Source of the DNA: the human T2T-CHM13v2.0 reference genome, Homo sapiens
Reading direction: 5' to 3' (one strand)
Length of the DNA stretch: 64,000 nt
Assembly: GCF_009914755.1 (NCBI RefSeq)
Contig: NC_060929.1
A model generated the notes under the pieces. It was given only the letters and a program-made list of their open reading frames with translations, did no database searches and was not told where the DNA came from. Positions within the stretch are counted from its first letter, which is position 1, and every line of letters begins with the position of its first letter. Made by a program: the position numbers and the translations under genes. Below, one piece after another: positions 1-12,504 of this stretch.

Positions 1-974
1 ATGTTAGAGGTCTTCACAGCAGTCCCTTTCATCACAGTCCTGGAGGCCTAGGAAGAAAAAAAGGTTTCATGGGCCAGGCCCAGGGTCCTTGTGCTGTGTG
101 CAATTTAGGGACTTGGTGCCTGGCTTCCCAACCACTCCAGCTGTGATCAAAAGTGGCCAAGGTACAGCTTGGGCCATGGCTTCAGAGGGTGCAAGCCACA
201 AGCCTTAGCAGTTTCCACATGGTGTTGAGCCTGCCAGTGCACACAAGTCAAGAATTGGGGTTTGGGAACCTCTACCTAGATTTCAGAAATTGTATGGAAT
301 GGCCTAGATGCCCAGGCAGAAGTTTGCTGCAGGGGTGGGGCCCTCATGAAGAACCTCTGCTAGGGCAGTGTGGAAGGGAAATGTGAGGTCGGAGCCCCCA
401 CACAGAGTCCCTATTGGGGCACTGCCCAGTGGAGCTATGAGAAGAGAGCCACAACCCTCAAACCCCATAATGGTAGATCCATTGACAGCTTGCACCATCC
501 ACCTGGAAACACTGCAGATACTCAATGCCAGCTGTGAAAGCAGCTGGGAGGGAGGCTGTACCCTGCAAAGCCACAGGGTTGGAGCTACCCAAGACTATGG
601 GAACCTACCTCTTGCATAAGTGTGACCTGAATGGGAGACACAGAGTCAAAGGAGATCATTTTGGAGCTTTAAGATTGACTGCCCTGCTGGCATTCAGACT
701 TGCATGGGGCCTGTAGCCCCTTTGTTTTGGCCAATTTCTTCCATTTGGAATGGCTGTATTTACCCAATGCCAGTACCCCATTGTATCTAGGAAGTACCTA
801 TCTTGCTTTTGATTTTACAGGCTCATAGGCAGAAGGGACACGCCTTGTCTAGGATGAGACTTTGGAATATGGACTTTTGATTTAATGCTGAAATGAGTTG
901 AGACTTTGGGGGACTATTAGGAAGGCATGATTGGTTTTGAAATGTGAGGACATTTGGGAGGTGCTGGGGTGGAA
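1..974 (+). mobile_element. THE1 (ERVL-MaLR) internal sequence, 3' part, truncated by the window edge
   Basis: Typical THE1/MST-int text (gggccaggcccagggtcc...; gagaagagagccac...; ggagatcattttggagctttaaga) ending in a purine-rich PPT-like stretch directly before the LTR. Confidence 0.9.
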
Positions 975-1338
975 TGATATGGTTTGGCCCTGTGTCTCCA
1001 CCCAAATCTCATCTTATAGCTCCCGTAATTCCCACATGTTGTGGGAAGGACCTTGTGGGGGATGATTGAATCATGGGGGTAAGTGTTTCCCATGCTGGTC
1101 TCATGATAGTGAATGTGTCTCATGAGATCTTATGGTTTCAAAAATGAGAGTTTCCCTGCACAATCTCTATTTGCCTGCTGCTATCCATGTAAAACGTGAC
1201 TTGCTCCTTCTTGCCTTCCACCATGATGGTGAGGCCTCCCCAGCCACATGGAACTGTAAGTCCAATTAAACCTTTCTCTTTTGCAAATTGCCCAGTCTTC
1301 ATATGTCTTTAGCAGCAATGTGAGAATGGACTAATACA
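975..1338 (+). mobile_element. THE1 3' LTR (THE1B/C/D-like), 364 bp
   Basis: Starts tgatatggtttggc...cccaaatctcatct and ends ggactaataca (TG...CA); attaaa poly(A) signal near 1265. Confidence 0.92.
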
Positions 1339-2315
1339 ATGGACAAAATATTGGAATAGACATTTCTCAAAAGAACATATACAATTTGCAAACAGGTATA
1401 TGAAAAGGTTCTTGACTTCACTGATTTTAAGAGAAATGCCAGACAAAACCACAATGAAATATCATCTTATCCCACTTAAAATGGCTTTTATCCAGAAGTC
1501 AGGCAATAACAAATGCTTGTGAGGGTGTGGAGGAAAGGAAACCTTTGTACACTGTTGGTGGGAATGTAAGTTAGTACAACCACTCTGCAGAACTCTTTGG
1601 AGCTTGTCAAAAAAATAAAAGTAGAGCTACCATATGTTCTAGAAATCCCACTGCTGGGTATATATCCAAAAGACAGAAAATTAGTAACTCAAAGAGATAT
1701 CTGTAGTCCCATGTTTATAGCATACTGTTCCTTATAGCTAAGATTTGGAAGAAACCTAAGTGTCCATCTACAGATGAACTGATTAAAAAAATGTGGTACT
1801 TATACATGATGGAGTACTATTATTCAGCCCTAAAAAAGAATAAGATTATGCCATTTGCAACAACATGGATAGAACTGGAGGTGATTATATTAGGTGAAAT
1901 AAGCTGGTTACAAAAAGGAAAATACTGCATGTACTCACTTATTTGTGGGATCTAAAAATCAAAACGATTGAACCCATGGAGAAAGATAATAGAAGGATGA
2001 CTACCAGAGGCTGGGAAGGGTACTGAGAGGGTGGTGGGAAACTGGAGATGGTTAATGGGTACAAAAAAAAAATAGAAGAATAAATAAGACCTAATATTTG
2101 ATAGCACAGTAGGGGGACTATAGCCAATAATAATTTAATTGTACATTTAAAAATAACTAAAAGTTTTTTTGTAACATGAAGGATAAATGCTTGAGAGGAT
2201 GAATACCCAATTTTCCATTATGGGATTATTACGCATTGCCTCCCTGTACCAGAATATCTCATGTACCCCATAAATATGTACACATACTATGTACCCACAA
2301 AATTTTTAAAATTTA
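1339..2315 (+). mobile_element. L1MA1-3-type LINE-1 3' end (ORF2 C-terminus plus 3' UTR), interrupted on its 5' side by THE1
   Basis: aatagacatttctcaaaagaa..., ggatctaaaaatcaaaac..., gtaccccataaatatgtacacatactatgtacccac, then an A/T tail. Confidence 0.88.
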
Positions 2316-2339
2316 AACCTTTAAACATTTTAAAAATTT

Positions 2340-2785
2340 AAAAAGAATGTGGCAAAGATGATGGAGTGTCATATAAGATTCTGATCTTAGCAGAATGGAG
2401 ATGGAAATTAACTTGTTGGCTTTGAAGAAGTAAGCTCCTATGTTGTCAGATGGCTGAGTAGGACAATGTGGAAGGGAACAAATGGGACCTCCAGGAGCTA
2501 AAGGTGACTCCCAGCTGACAGCCAGCAAAAAGAACAGAGGCTTCAGTCCTATTACTGCAAAGAACTGAAAGCTGCCAACAACCTCATGAATTTGGAAGAG
2601 GACTTAGAGTTCTATAAAGAACAAAGTCCAGTGATACCTTCATTGCAACCTTATGACTCCTGAGCAGAGAAATCAGCCAAGCTGCACCCAGACTCCTAAC
2701 CCATTGAAAATGGGACATGACAAATGTTTGTTTTTTTAAGCCAGTAAATTTGTAGTAAACTTCTGCACCACGGTAGAAAGTACTG
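2340..2785 (+). mobile_element. MLT1E/F/G-type MaLR LTR (old, partial)
   Basis: ccagctgacagccagcaa, gctgccaacaacc, tgttttttttaagccagtaaatttg motifs. Confidence 0.7.
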
Positions 2786-2959
2786 TCTGGAAAGTAATTT
2801 TGTCTGCATTTTTGCCTTAGAGACTGCAGTGCTGAGTGACTAAACAGACAAATCATGCCCCTGAGCTGGATTTCAAACCTTAGGTTGGACAGTTTTTTAG
2901 TGTTTTAAGTGTTACTTAAATTCTCTACATCGTAATGACTTTATTGGTCAAGGAGGTAA

Positions 2960-3032
2960 TATACTTATATCATGGGGTTGCTGTAGAGGTTAATTCAGTT
3001 AAGTGCTTAAAGCACAGTAAATGTTAGCTATA
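2960..3032 (+). mobile_element. MIR fragment
   Basis: ggggttgctgtagaggttaa...aagtgcttaaagcacagtaaatgttagcta resembles the MIR 3' part. Confidence 0.45.
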
Positions 3033-3834
3033 CTTATAAATATTTGGTTTTGAGGGTTCTATTTGTTTCATTTTGTTTTAAAGAAAATTAATTGAATTAA
3101 TTTGTAGACTGAGGAGAAGCAATAAATGAAGCTAATGATTCATGAGAGAGATTTTTAGGGAACACAACCCTAGAGGAAATCAGATCCAGAGAACACTCAG
3201 AGTAAAGAATGAGGTAAATAAATGTAACTACAAAAGGGATAATCTAGCTTTAATTTATTTTATTCATTTTTACTAGCTTTTTGAAGAGTCAAAATATACT
3301 CCACTGATTTTAATGAACAATATTCACAAGCCTTTAGCAGGTCTTTGAAAAACAGGAGAAAAGGAATAGATGGCCAGTATCAGGACATTAATAAGCTTTT
3401 GTTTTTCATTTAAAATAAAGAGCAGAAAAGTGAAAGACAGATGTTACATATATACATAGAAAATTGTTTTCTTAATAATGTGTTGCATTTCCTTAAAATT
3501 TAAATTTATGTCATAATTATGTATTGCTAATATTTTCCATATATGTATGCATATGTGTATGTATGTATATAAGTACATTTCTATTTTACTATCTGTTCAA
3601 TGGTTTCATTTTAAACACTTACAAGACGGAAAGTCATTAAATTCAATTTAATCTGGATAATTTTTATGCTTACATAGTGTCTTCCATTATAAACGAATTG
3701 GAGCTATTTGAACATTTTATATACCTTGAGCATTAGCACTTCAGAAAAATGCTTTTTCCTTGAACCTTAAATTATCAAATGTAGGTTTCTTAGCTCCATA
3801 GGGATACATTTATAGCTATTTTCAAAAAATTCTG

Positions 3835-4132
3835 GGCTGGGTGCCGTGGCTCACGCCTGTAACCCCAGCACTTTGGGAGGCTGAGGTGGGCGGATCACAA
3901 GGTCAGGAGATTGAGACCATCCTGGCTAACAAGGTGAAACCCCATCTCTACTAAAAATACAAAAAAATTAGCCAGACGTGGTGGCGGGTGCCTGTAGTCC
4001 CAGCTACTCGGGAGGCTGAGGCAGGAGAATGGTGTGAACCCAGGAGCAGAGTTTGCAGTGAGCCGAGATCGCACCACTGCACTCCAGCCTGGGCAACAGA
4101 AGGAGACTCCGTCTCAAAAAAAAAAAAAAAAA
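3835..4132 (+). mobile_element. AluY-like full-length Alu
   Basis: Dimeric Alu with ggctaacaaggtg and gagaatggtgtgaaccc (Y-type); poly(A) tail; imperfect TSD aaaaa(t/a)tctg. Confidence 0.95.
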
Positions 4133-4805
4133 TCTGTTTTTCAAACTCTAGTGATTTTGACAACTAGAAAATGTTCTTAAATAATCTTCATTTATTTGGA
4201 ATTAGTCACTCATTTCTTTTTTATTCATTCACAAATATTTAATAAATGTATACCATTACAAGCTGTTTTGAGAAGCTGTTAAATATTCTATAGACAATAA
4301 TTCTGTTTTAAATCTTAGTCTTGTAAAGTTTTCTAAAATACTTTTACTATCATGGATGGTAATAGTAAATTTCTCTGGGAGGTTTTCCTTCTCAGTTTAC
4401 AAAAGTCTGAGTGTCTTCATTTCATTTATTCTTCAGAATAACTTGGAATACTGAAGAAAAATACCTACCCTTTTCAAAGAAAAGGAATTAGTCAAAATCT
4501 GCTGTGTTCTTAGTAGTCACATCTTTGGCATCTGTTATCTTTGTAATATAAATGACAGATTTTATGTAACATTAAGCTTTAGTTCTAAATTTTCATGCAG
4601 CATGTCATCTGGTTTACAGATCTGAAAATATTCTAGTAATCTATGTGGATAATTCTTACTATAGTCTATATACTTTTTAGAGACTCAGCTAATGTAAATT
4701 CTCCTATTTTAAGAACTGCTTAATTTCTCAATTATCAGGAATCCTGGTGTCTCTCTGCCTGTTCATGAAAACAAACAGATATTCTTTTAACATAAAGAAT
4801 GGTCA

Positions 4806-4925
4806 GGCCAGGTGCAGTACCTCATAACTGCTGTATAAGTGAGGTAGGAGAATTCTTTGAGTCCAGGAGTTAAAGACCAGCCTGGGCAACACAGTGATAC
4901 CCCTATCTCTACAAAAAGAATAAAG
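4806..4925 (+). mobile_element. Alu monomer (FLAM/AluJ left arm), internally deleted
   Basis: ggccaggtgcagt...ccaggagttaaagaccagcctgggcaacac...ctctacaaaaa; flanked by aaagaatgg direct repeats. Confidence 0.75.
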
Positions 4926-5496
4926 AAAGAATGGCTAGACTTAAAATACAGGCTATGTTTGACTTGAGCAGTTACAGAAAAGATACACAGGCATCCTTTA
5001 GAGCTACCAAACTAAAATATAAGGAATGCCATTTGGACTTCTGACAGAGGGGTTGTGCTGGGCATAAAAAGATATGAAAGACAAGAAACATCATGATTTT
5101 GATTATGACCTAAATAAGCCATAATACACCTTTCTAAGGGTAGATGTCAGCTCACTATTCCTTCGTAGGCAGCTGTCTGTGGCTGCTTCAGGCTGAGCTG
5201 TGATGGAGCTGTATTTACTGCACAGACATAGTGAGGATCCTGAGAAACTTCAAGTAGGCTAGCTATTTCAGGCAGAAGTTGTTTTAGTCATGCAGCTCTT
5301 ACCCTTCATTATATCAAATATTTTGTATAAGATCATTTCACTGTTAGGCAACCGTTAGGCAATCATACATCTCTGCAGAACCAAGAACCAAAATCCAGGG
5401 TTCTTGATGCAATCTTGGTGCTTTCATTCCTAGAAATTTTTCTTCTACAGAGACAGAGGTACTCTTGATGAATTTGCAAGCAAAAGATGGAGAGAG

Positions 5497-5863
5497 TGTC
5501 TTAGTCAGTTTGGGCTACTATAAAAAAAAAACATAACTGGCAGCGTAAACAGTGAACTTAACATTTCTCACGGTTCTTGAGGCAGAAAGTCCAAGATCAG
5601 GGTGTCAGCAAGTTTCAGATCTTGGTGGGGTCCCTCTTGCTGCTGTGTCCTCACATGGCCTTCCCTTGGTGCATTCATTGAGAGAGAGGTCTCAGCTCTC
5701 TTCCTCTTTTTATAAGGGCATTAATCCCATTATGAGGCCTCACACACATTACTAATATAACCTTCAATATCTCCCAAAGGTCCCACTTCCGAATACCATC
5801 ACACTGGGGATAAGGGTTTCAACACATAAACTTGAGGAGCACAAAAGCATTCAGTCCTTAGCA
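5497..5863 (-). mobile_element. MLT1A-type solo LTR
   Basis: tgtcttagtcagtttgggct...aagtccaagatcagggtgtcagca...cattcagtccttagca; exact 5-bp TSD gagag at 5492-5496 and 5864-5868. Confidence 0.88.
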
Positions 5864-6097
5864 GAGAGAAATGAGGAAAGTGTTCTCAATACTGTATCAC
5901 CAGTTAATCAGAACAGCTGTATAACTCTCAGAAACCATAGAATGTATCTAGAGATTTGAGGAGAATTATTAATACATTATTTCTGTCCAAATCTTGTAGG
6001 AACATAAGGGCTTGAACAAGCCCCGCAGTATTCAGCAAAGTCTATTACCATTTGTACTTACTGAGAATTTATAAAATGTCTATGTCCCCTGGTATTT

Positions 6098-6417
6098 CCT
6101 TCCTTCCTTCCTCCCTTCCTTCCCTCCCTCCCTCCCTCCCTCCTCCCTTCCTTCCTCCCTCCCTCCCTCCATCCTTCCTTCCTTTCTTTCTTACTTTTTT
6201 CTTTCTTTCCTTTTCTTTTTCTTTCTTATTTTTCTTTCTTTCTCTTTCTTTCCTTTCCTTCTTTTTCTTTCTTTCTTCTTTTTTCTTTCCTTCCCTCTTT
6301 CTCTCTCTCCTTCCTTCCTTATTTCCTTCCCTCCCTCCCTTCCTCCCTTCCTCCCTTCCTTCCTTCCCTCCCTCCCTTCTTTCTCTTTCTTTCTCTCTTT
6401 CTCTCTCTGTCTCTCTT

Positions 6418-6448
<31 letters not shown>
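6098..6448. repeat. ~350-bp polypyrimidine tract (CCTT/CCCT/CTTT/CT/CTGT blocks), the expanded Alu tail
   Basis: Almost pure C/T on the + strand; lies inside the TSD of the adjacent Alu. Confidence 0.95.
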
Positions 6449-6735
6449 TGATGGAGTCTCACTCTGTTGCCCAGGCTGGATTGCAGTGGCAGGATCTTAG
6501 CTTATTGCAACCTCCACCTCTCAGGTTAAAGGGATTCTTGTGTCTCTGCCTCAGCCTCCTGAGTAGCTGGGATTACAGGAGCCAACCATCATGCCTGGCT
6601 AATTTTTGTATTTTTAGTAGAGACGGGGTTTCACTATGTTGGCCAGGCTGGTTTCCAACTCCTGACCGCATGTGAGCTGCCCGCCTCAGCCTCCCAAAGT
6701 GCTGGGATTACAGGCCTAAGCCACCTCATCTGGCC
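6449..6735 (-). mobile_element. AluS (Sx-like)
   Basis: Reverse Alu; 13-bp TSD tcccctggtattt at 6085-6097 and 6736-6748. Confidence 0.93.
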
Positions 6736-6852
6736 TCCCCTGGTATTTTCAAAGTAGAACGTAGACTAACATGGGAAGTTTCCATATACTCCCAATCTTC
6801 CATCCATCAGAATTTTTTAAGTTTACATCAGACAAAAATAAATCACAGATAA

Positions 6853-7289
<437 letters not shown>

Positions 7290-9149
7290 AAGTTGGTTCT
7301 TTTGAAATTTAATGTGGAAAGTTGTCTTCCATAGGATTTCCATGGTAATTAGAAATCCTAAATATTTTTTAAGCACACTGTGGTTATATTTGACAGTCAC
7401 TTGCAATATTTCAGGAATATCCAGCAACAGCAAATTCTCTCTTAGCACAACTATCTCTTTATTAATTGCTCAGTTTACCCTAGCATATGTTGTAGATACA
7501 TTTTCACTTAAATTCACTGTGTTTTTGTTTTATTTAGGATAACAAGCTGAAACTTTTCATACTTTCTAAATGCTCAAGGCAATGCTACTTTGGCATAGGC
7601 AACTATAAGAAATCACCTAAGGAACACCCTGAAGGGCTTGAAAAATGGATTATGGTTTTCTGCTTACAGGAAATAAAGTTCTAATATGTTATGATGGGGA
7701 AAAGAGTCTAGAGGAAGCCATCCAATATTAATTGCCCTGTCATAGGCGAAAATTGGGCCTTAGGTCTTTGATGTCCAAAATAGCTGACTCATATATTTAT
7801 AGTTACCATATACATTTTCAATTATTCTTGTGAGCCTTAAGGAAATCATGTTTGTTTTCTTGTTGCATTATATCACGACCATATTTTATATACTTTAGAA
7901 AAAAAGATAGAAAACTGATTATTGTTTTTGCTTTCTAAGCTAAAGTTTAAAATTTCATATACCAGGGCTTATTTGAATGTGGATTAATAATAAAATAATA
8001 ACAATATGAATGTGTTGATTGATTTGAAAATCCATAAGTAAATTAATTTGACCACTTAACCTATGATAAAAGATAAGTTTCAATGTATTTTGGGATTTGA
8101 AAGAAGCATGAGACTCATATTTCACCTGTGGCAACAACCACCCACAGCTAACAGCTATGTAGCCATGATAGCTTTGAACTACCAAGCATCATTACAGATG
8201 AAATCACTATGATTACTGCTTACTAGATATGTGGACACAGGCAAATAGACTAAATTCTCTGACTCTAAAGCCTTCATTTAAAAAATAATTAAAAAGCATG
8301 AAAGCAATATGTATTTTCCAGGATCATTTTGTGTCTGGCAAATACTATGTAAGTGTACAGATGCATCATCAACATTACTGACTTTTGTAGATAGTTCCAG
8401 TAGCAAGCAGCTCACAAAGTAATATGGTACCTCATCTCATAATAGAGAATGTGTGTATGTCTGTGAGTATCACCCAAATTTAACAATCTCTTCATCTTTT
8501 TCTCACTAAGGTAGTCAGAAAGTCACTTAGAAAAGTTATTGAAACCCTTTTACTAAGATTTTTCCCAAGGTGAGCCATTTCTGTAATTGGCATACATTTC
8601 AAAACTGCCCGTGTTCTGACGAACTTTGATTTTTGAAACTTGCCAATTTCAAAATAAAACACAATGTCTTAAACTTAACAGCGCACTGCAACATTGATTT
8701 GATGAGGACGGGGTAAAGAGGCCCATGGTGTTCCTATTCTGACAATTACTCTTTTATTAATGCGACTCAAATCACTTTAGATTTTTTTTTTTCTTTTGGC
8801 TTCCACATCATGCTGATGATTCATGCTGAGATTGCAGTCAATTATAGCCTGGTGCCTACAGTTCTTTTTTACAGAAAACACTGTTAAAATAGTCTTTTCC
8901 CTGTCCTGTAACTGTCGAGTTGGTCCTTTTGAAATTTAATGTGTAAAGTTCTCTTTTTTTCTCTTGAAGTGTATACCTTGTTAAACTGTATGCATTGTTC
9001 TAAACTAAATAATTTTTCTGAATCACAATTCTAAAATCTAAAACACCAGGTTTGTGTCAGCCACAGATTCTTTAACTTATGGTCAGAACTTGATGTAAGT
9101 TACCTTTTAACACTAATCAATATAAAAATGTTAAATATATTTATTAACC

Positions 9150-9197
9150 TATTAGTTTGGTGCAAAAGTAATTGCAGTTTTTGCCATTACTGATGGC
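9150..9197. mobile_element. MADE1 (Hsmar1 mariner MITE), one arm only
   Basis: tattagtttggtgcaaaagtaattgcagtttttgccattac matches the Hsmar1/MADE1 terminal inverted repeat. Confidence 0.85.
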
Positions 9198-9395
9198 TGT
9201 CATTTCAATAGCTAGTTCTATTTGAGTGTTCTTGCTCAATCAATTAAAATCATCTAATTGTATTATCACAAATTCATATGTCTTCACTTTTTAAAAGAAA
9301 ATATTTTAAAAATTTGTCAAACGTTTGTTGAAATCAAGATACGCTATGTACAACCACAGCAGTTTCCAAGTTTGTCTAGTCTACTAATTATGTCA

Positions 9396-9711
<316 letters not shown>

Positions 9712-10262
9712 GGAGAATATGGAACTAGTTGTCATGATTTTCTTCTGAAACCAAGATTGGCTTCAGTGGTTATTGCATCGTATCTTGAATTCTTATAAAT
9801 AAAAAGGTGTCATTCTAGAAATTTGCATTAAATTACCATCAATTTTAAATCTTCTTTGTTCACACAATCCCTCTTATCCCACTTTTGAAAAATCCTATCA
9901 TTCATATTTTTAGCATTATTTACATAACGTATTTACATAATTCTTTACATAATTTCTGAGATTATTTTATCCCCAGATTACTATCAATTCTACTTCCCTA
10001 ATTGGTTCATTGTGGCCCAAATTGAAAACAAACAAATCACATCATTGTCTTCACAGACTTTGAGAGAAAATATCACCTTATAAATGTTATATGTCACTTT
10101 CCACACAGAAAAAAATGAATACAAGTGATAGATTATATAATAGATTCTAGGTTTGAGTACTATAAAAATATTTCAACATTAATTAAAAATATGCTGCACA
10201 AGAAATGTCAATCTGGGAGTTGGTACGTGGCATGAAAGTTGAACATGAAACACGGTACTCAC

Positions 10263-10497
10263 TCCAGAGACCCTTGACATTTCTCGATAGTTGAAAGTTG
10301 TTCAGAGGTTGATTGCCCACTACGAGCTCTTGCTAAAGGGATCTATTCATGTATAGTACAACCTGCTGGGAAAGGTCAGTGCAAAAGTCAAAACCCTTAA
10401 AACTGGGGAGTTTTGTATCTTAATGATGCTTTGAAATGTTACTCACTACAAAGTGGATCACCTGTAGGTAACTGGAAAAGAAGAAAAGAAAAAAACC
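10263..10497 (-). other. Candidate minus-strand exon(s), probably non-coding
   Basis: Minus strand: tttttttcttttcttcttttccag acceptor (exon starts 10471), gtgagt donor at 10446, ctgacctttcccagcag acceptor (exon starts 10362), gtgagt donor at 10262. Confidence 0.35.
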
Positions 10498-10705
10498 TAG
10501 AAGTGTTGAAGTGAGGAGAGCTGGACTTGAGTTACCCATCTCCATTTAACAGGTATCTTATTTTGAGTAATACAGAAAACCAACTTCAGATAAAATTTCC
10601 TCATGTATCAAGTGAGCTTAATATTGACGTTGGATATATTTCTAAAGGATAAAAGTGATTGTTGCTATATAAGCCATGTTTAACCACTGCATCAGTATTT
10701 ATTGC

Positions 10706-11254
10706 TGTGACAGTGAATATTGATTGTCAACTTGATTGGATTGAAGGATGCAAAATATTGTTCCTGGGTGTGTCTGTGAGTGTGTTGCCAAAGGAGATTA
10801 ACATTTGAGTCAGTGAACTGGGAGAGGGAGACCCATCCTCAATCTGGATGGGCACCATCTAATCAGCTGACAGTGTGGCTAGGATAAAAGCAGGCAAAAG
10901 AACGTGGAAGGATCTGACTGGCTAAGTCTCTGGCTTTCATCTTTCTCCTGTGCTGGAGGCTTCCTGCCCTTGAGCATCGGACTCCAAATTCTTCAGCTTT
11001 TGGGCTCTTAGACCTACACCAGCGGTTTGTCAGGGGCTTCCAGACCTTCAGCCACAGACTGAAGACCGCACCATCGGCTTCCCTACTTTTGAGGTTTTGG
11101 GATGCCGCCTGGCTTCCTTGCTCCTCAGCCTGCAGATGGCCTATTGTGGGACTTCACCTTGTGATTCTTTGAGTCAATACTCCTTAATAAACTCTTCTTC
11201 ATGTATACATCTATCCTTTAAGTTCTGTCCCTCTAAAGAATCCTGACTAATACA
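10706..11254 (+). mobile_element. MLT2A2-type (ERVL) solo LTR, 549 bp
   Basis: tgtgacagtgaatattgattgtcaacttgattggattgaagg...gaatcctgactaataca; aataaa near 11186; ttgc repeated on both flanks. Confidence 0.9.
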
Positions 11255-12224
11255 TTGCTATTATTGCTTATTTAAACTCCACAAATTGGTTGAGGCATAT
11301 GATGATTATTATTATTTGTAGCATTAGTAGTATTACCATCAGGATTCCTATTAGTACTAGTTGTAGTGCCAGTAGTATTACTGATACTAAATCAGAAAAC
11401 CTTTGAAACATCCAGTGTGATGTAGTCTGCAGTGGAATCAGAATCTGTCTACCCCATGTGGATTTCAACATTTTACAGTCATTCTCCTGAGGTGGAGATT
11501 ATGAACTTGGCCTCAGCTATTAACTATATTAACAAGAGGCCATGGGGTTAAGCATAATGCCTGTGGAGATTTTTGGCTCTCCTCCAGGACGGTTCACCTT
11601 CCAACAACCAGAACCAAAGCTCATGCCCAGAGAACCTCATTGTGAAGGGCAAATCTGAAAGCTGTTATTATGGAGAAGGTCATTTTTGCAGTGTAGTCTA
11701 GTCTGGCACTAACGTTACAGGCAGCAGCGACCACCACAGCCCTGATAGAGTCAGGATCTGCACAATCCCTTCTGGCTGCCCATAGCACAGGCTTCTGACA
11801 TTTTACTGAGATAACCGTTAGAGCTTTCTTTAAGCCTGAGTGCTTTTGAAGTAGAAGGAATAAAATGACGAGGTTCACTCTGAACCCTTAGTGGTAGCAG
11901 AGAGGTTATTGTCAGTTTCCTGAAATCGTGTATCCTAAGCTCCATTTATTTTGAATGTCGGAATTTGTTCAGTCTGCTGAACCAACAAAATGCAATGCTA
12001 ATTTGATTAGAGTATAAAGAGCTTTATTTTTATTTAAATTCAGTCCACTAGTTAAAGCTTCAACTCAGAAATGTATTTTTAAAGAAAACTAGATAGTGTT
12101 GTGAACAGACTGGAAAAATCAGATGATTGTTCATGTACATATACATGGACACACACATATATAATCCACGATGAGACAGATTTTATACTTGAAAAAGCAA
12201 GCATATTTGAATAAAACATTACTC

Positions 12225-12382
12225 TGGGACTTGCTGGCTCTATCATCTTGAGTGGTCAGCTTCAGGTTTCTCATCTGTAAACTGGTACTAATGGTATCAG
12301 CCTAGCAGGATACTATTATGAATTGAATTATTTCAAGTATTTAAAAGATATGGATGGGATGTCCATAATGCTAGGCACTCAT
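12225..12382 (+). mobile_element. MIR fragment
   Basis: cttcaggtttctcatctgtaaactgg core motif. Confidence 0.6.
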
Positions 12383-12504
12383 TGGTGACATAGAATTCAG
12401 CATAACTAGACAATGCCGTGAGCCTTCCATTCCAGTGATGGCAATACAGGGAGTGTAGTTAGCAAAGAGCCTGGCATATAGAGCAGGCATTCAATAAATG
12501 CCAG

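Noticed and set aside
153-1123. Several short ORFs on both strands
   Set aside because: Fragments of THE1 internal and LTR sequence; no intact MaLR ORF.
6052-6675. 207-aa ORF rich in S/P/L/F
   Set aside because: Read-through of a stop-free CT simple repeat plus antisense Alu; not a gene.
9917-9955. Three ~13-bp units of tttacataa
   Set aside because: Simple slippage duplication without unique spacers; not CRISPR-like.
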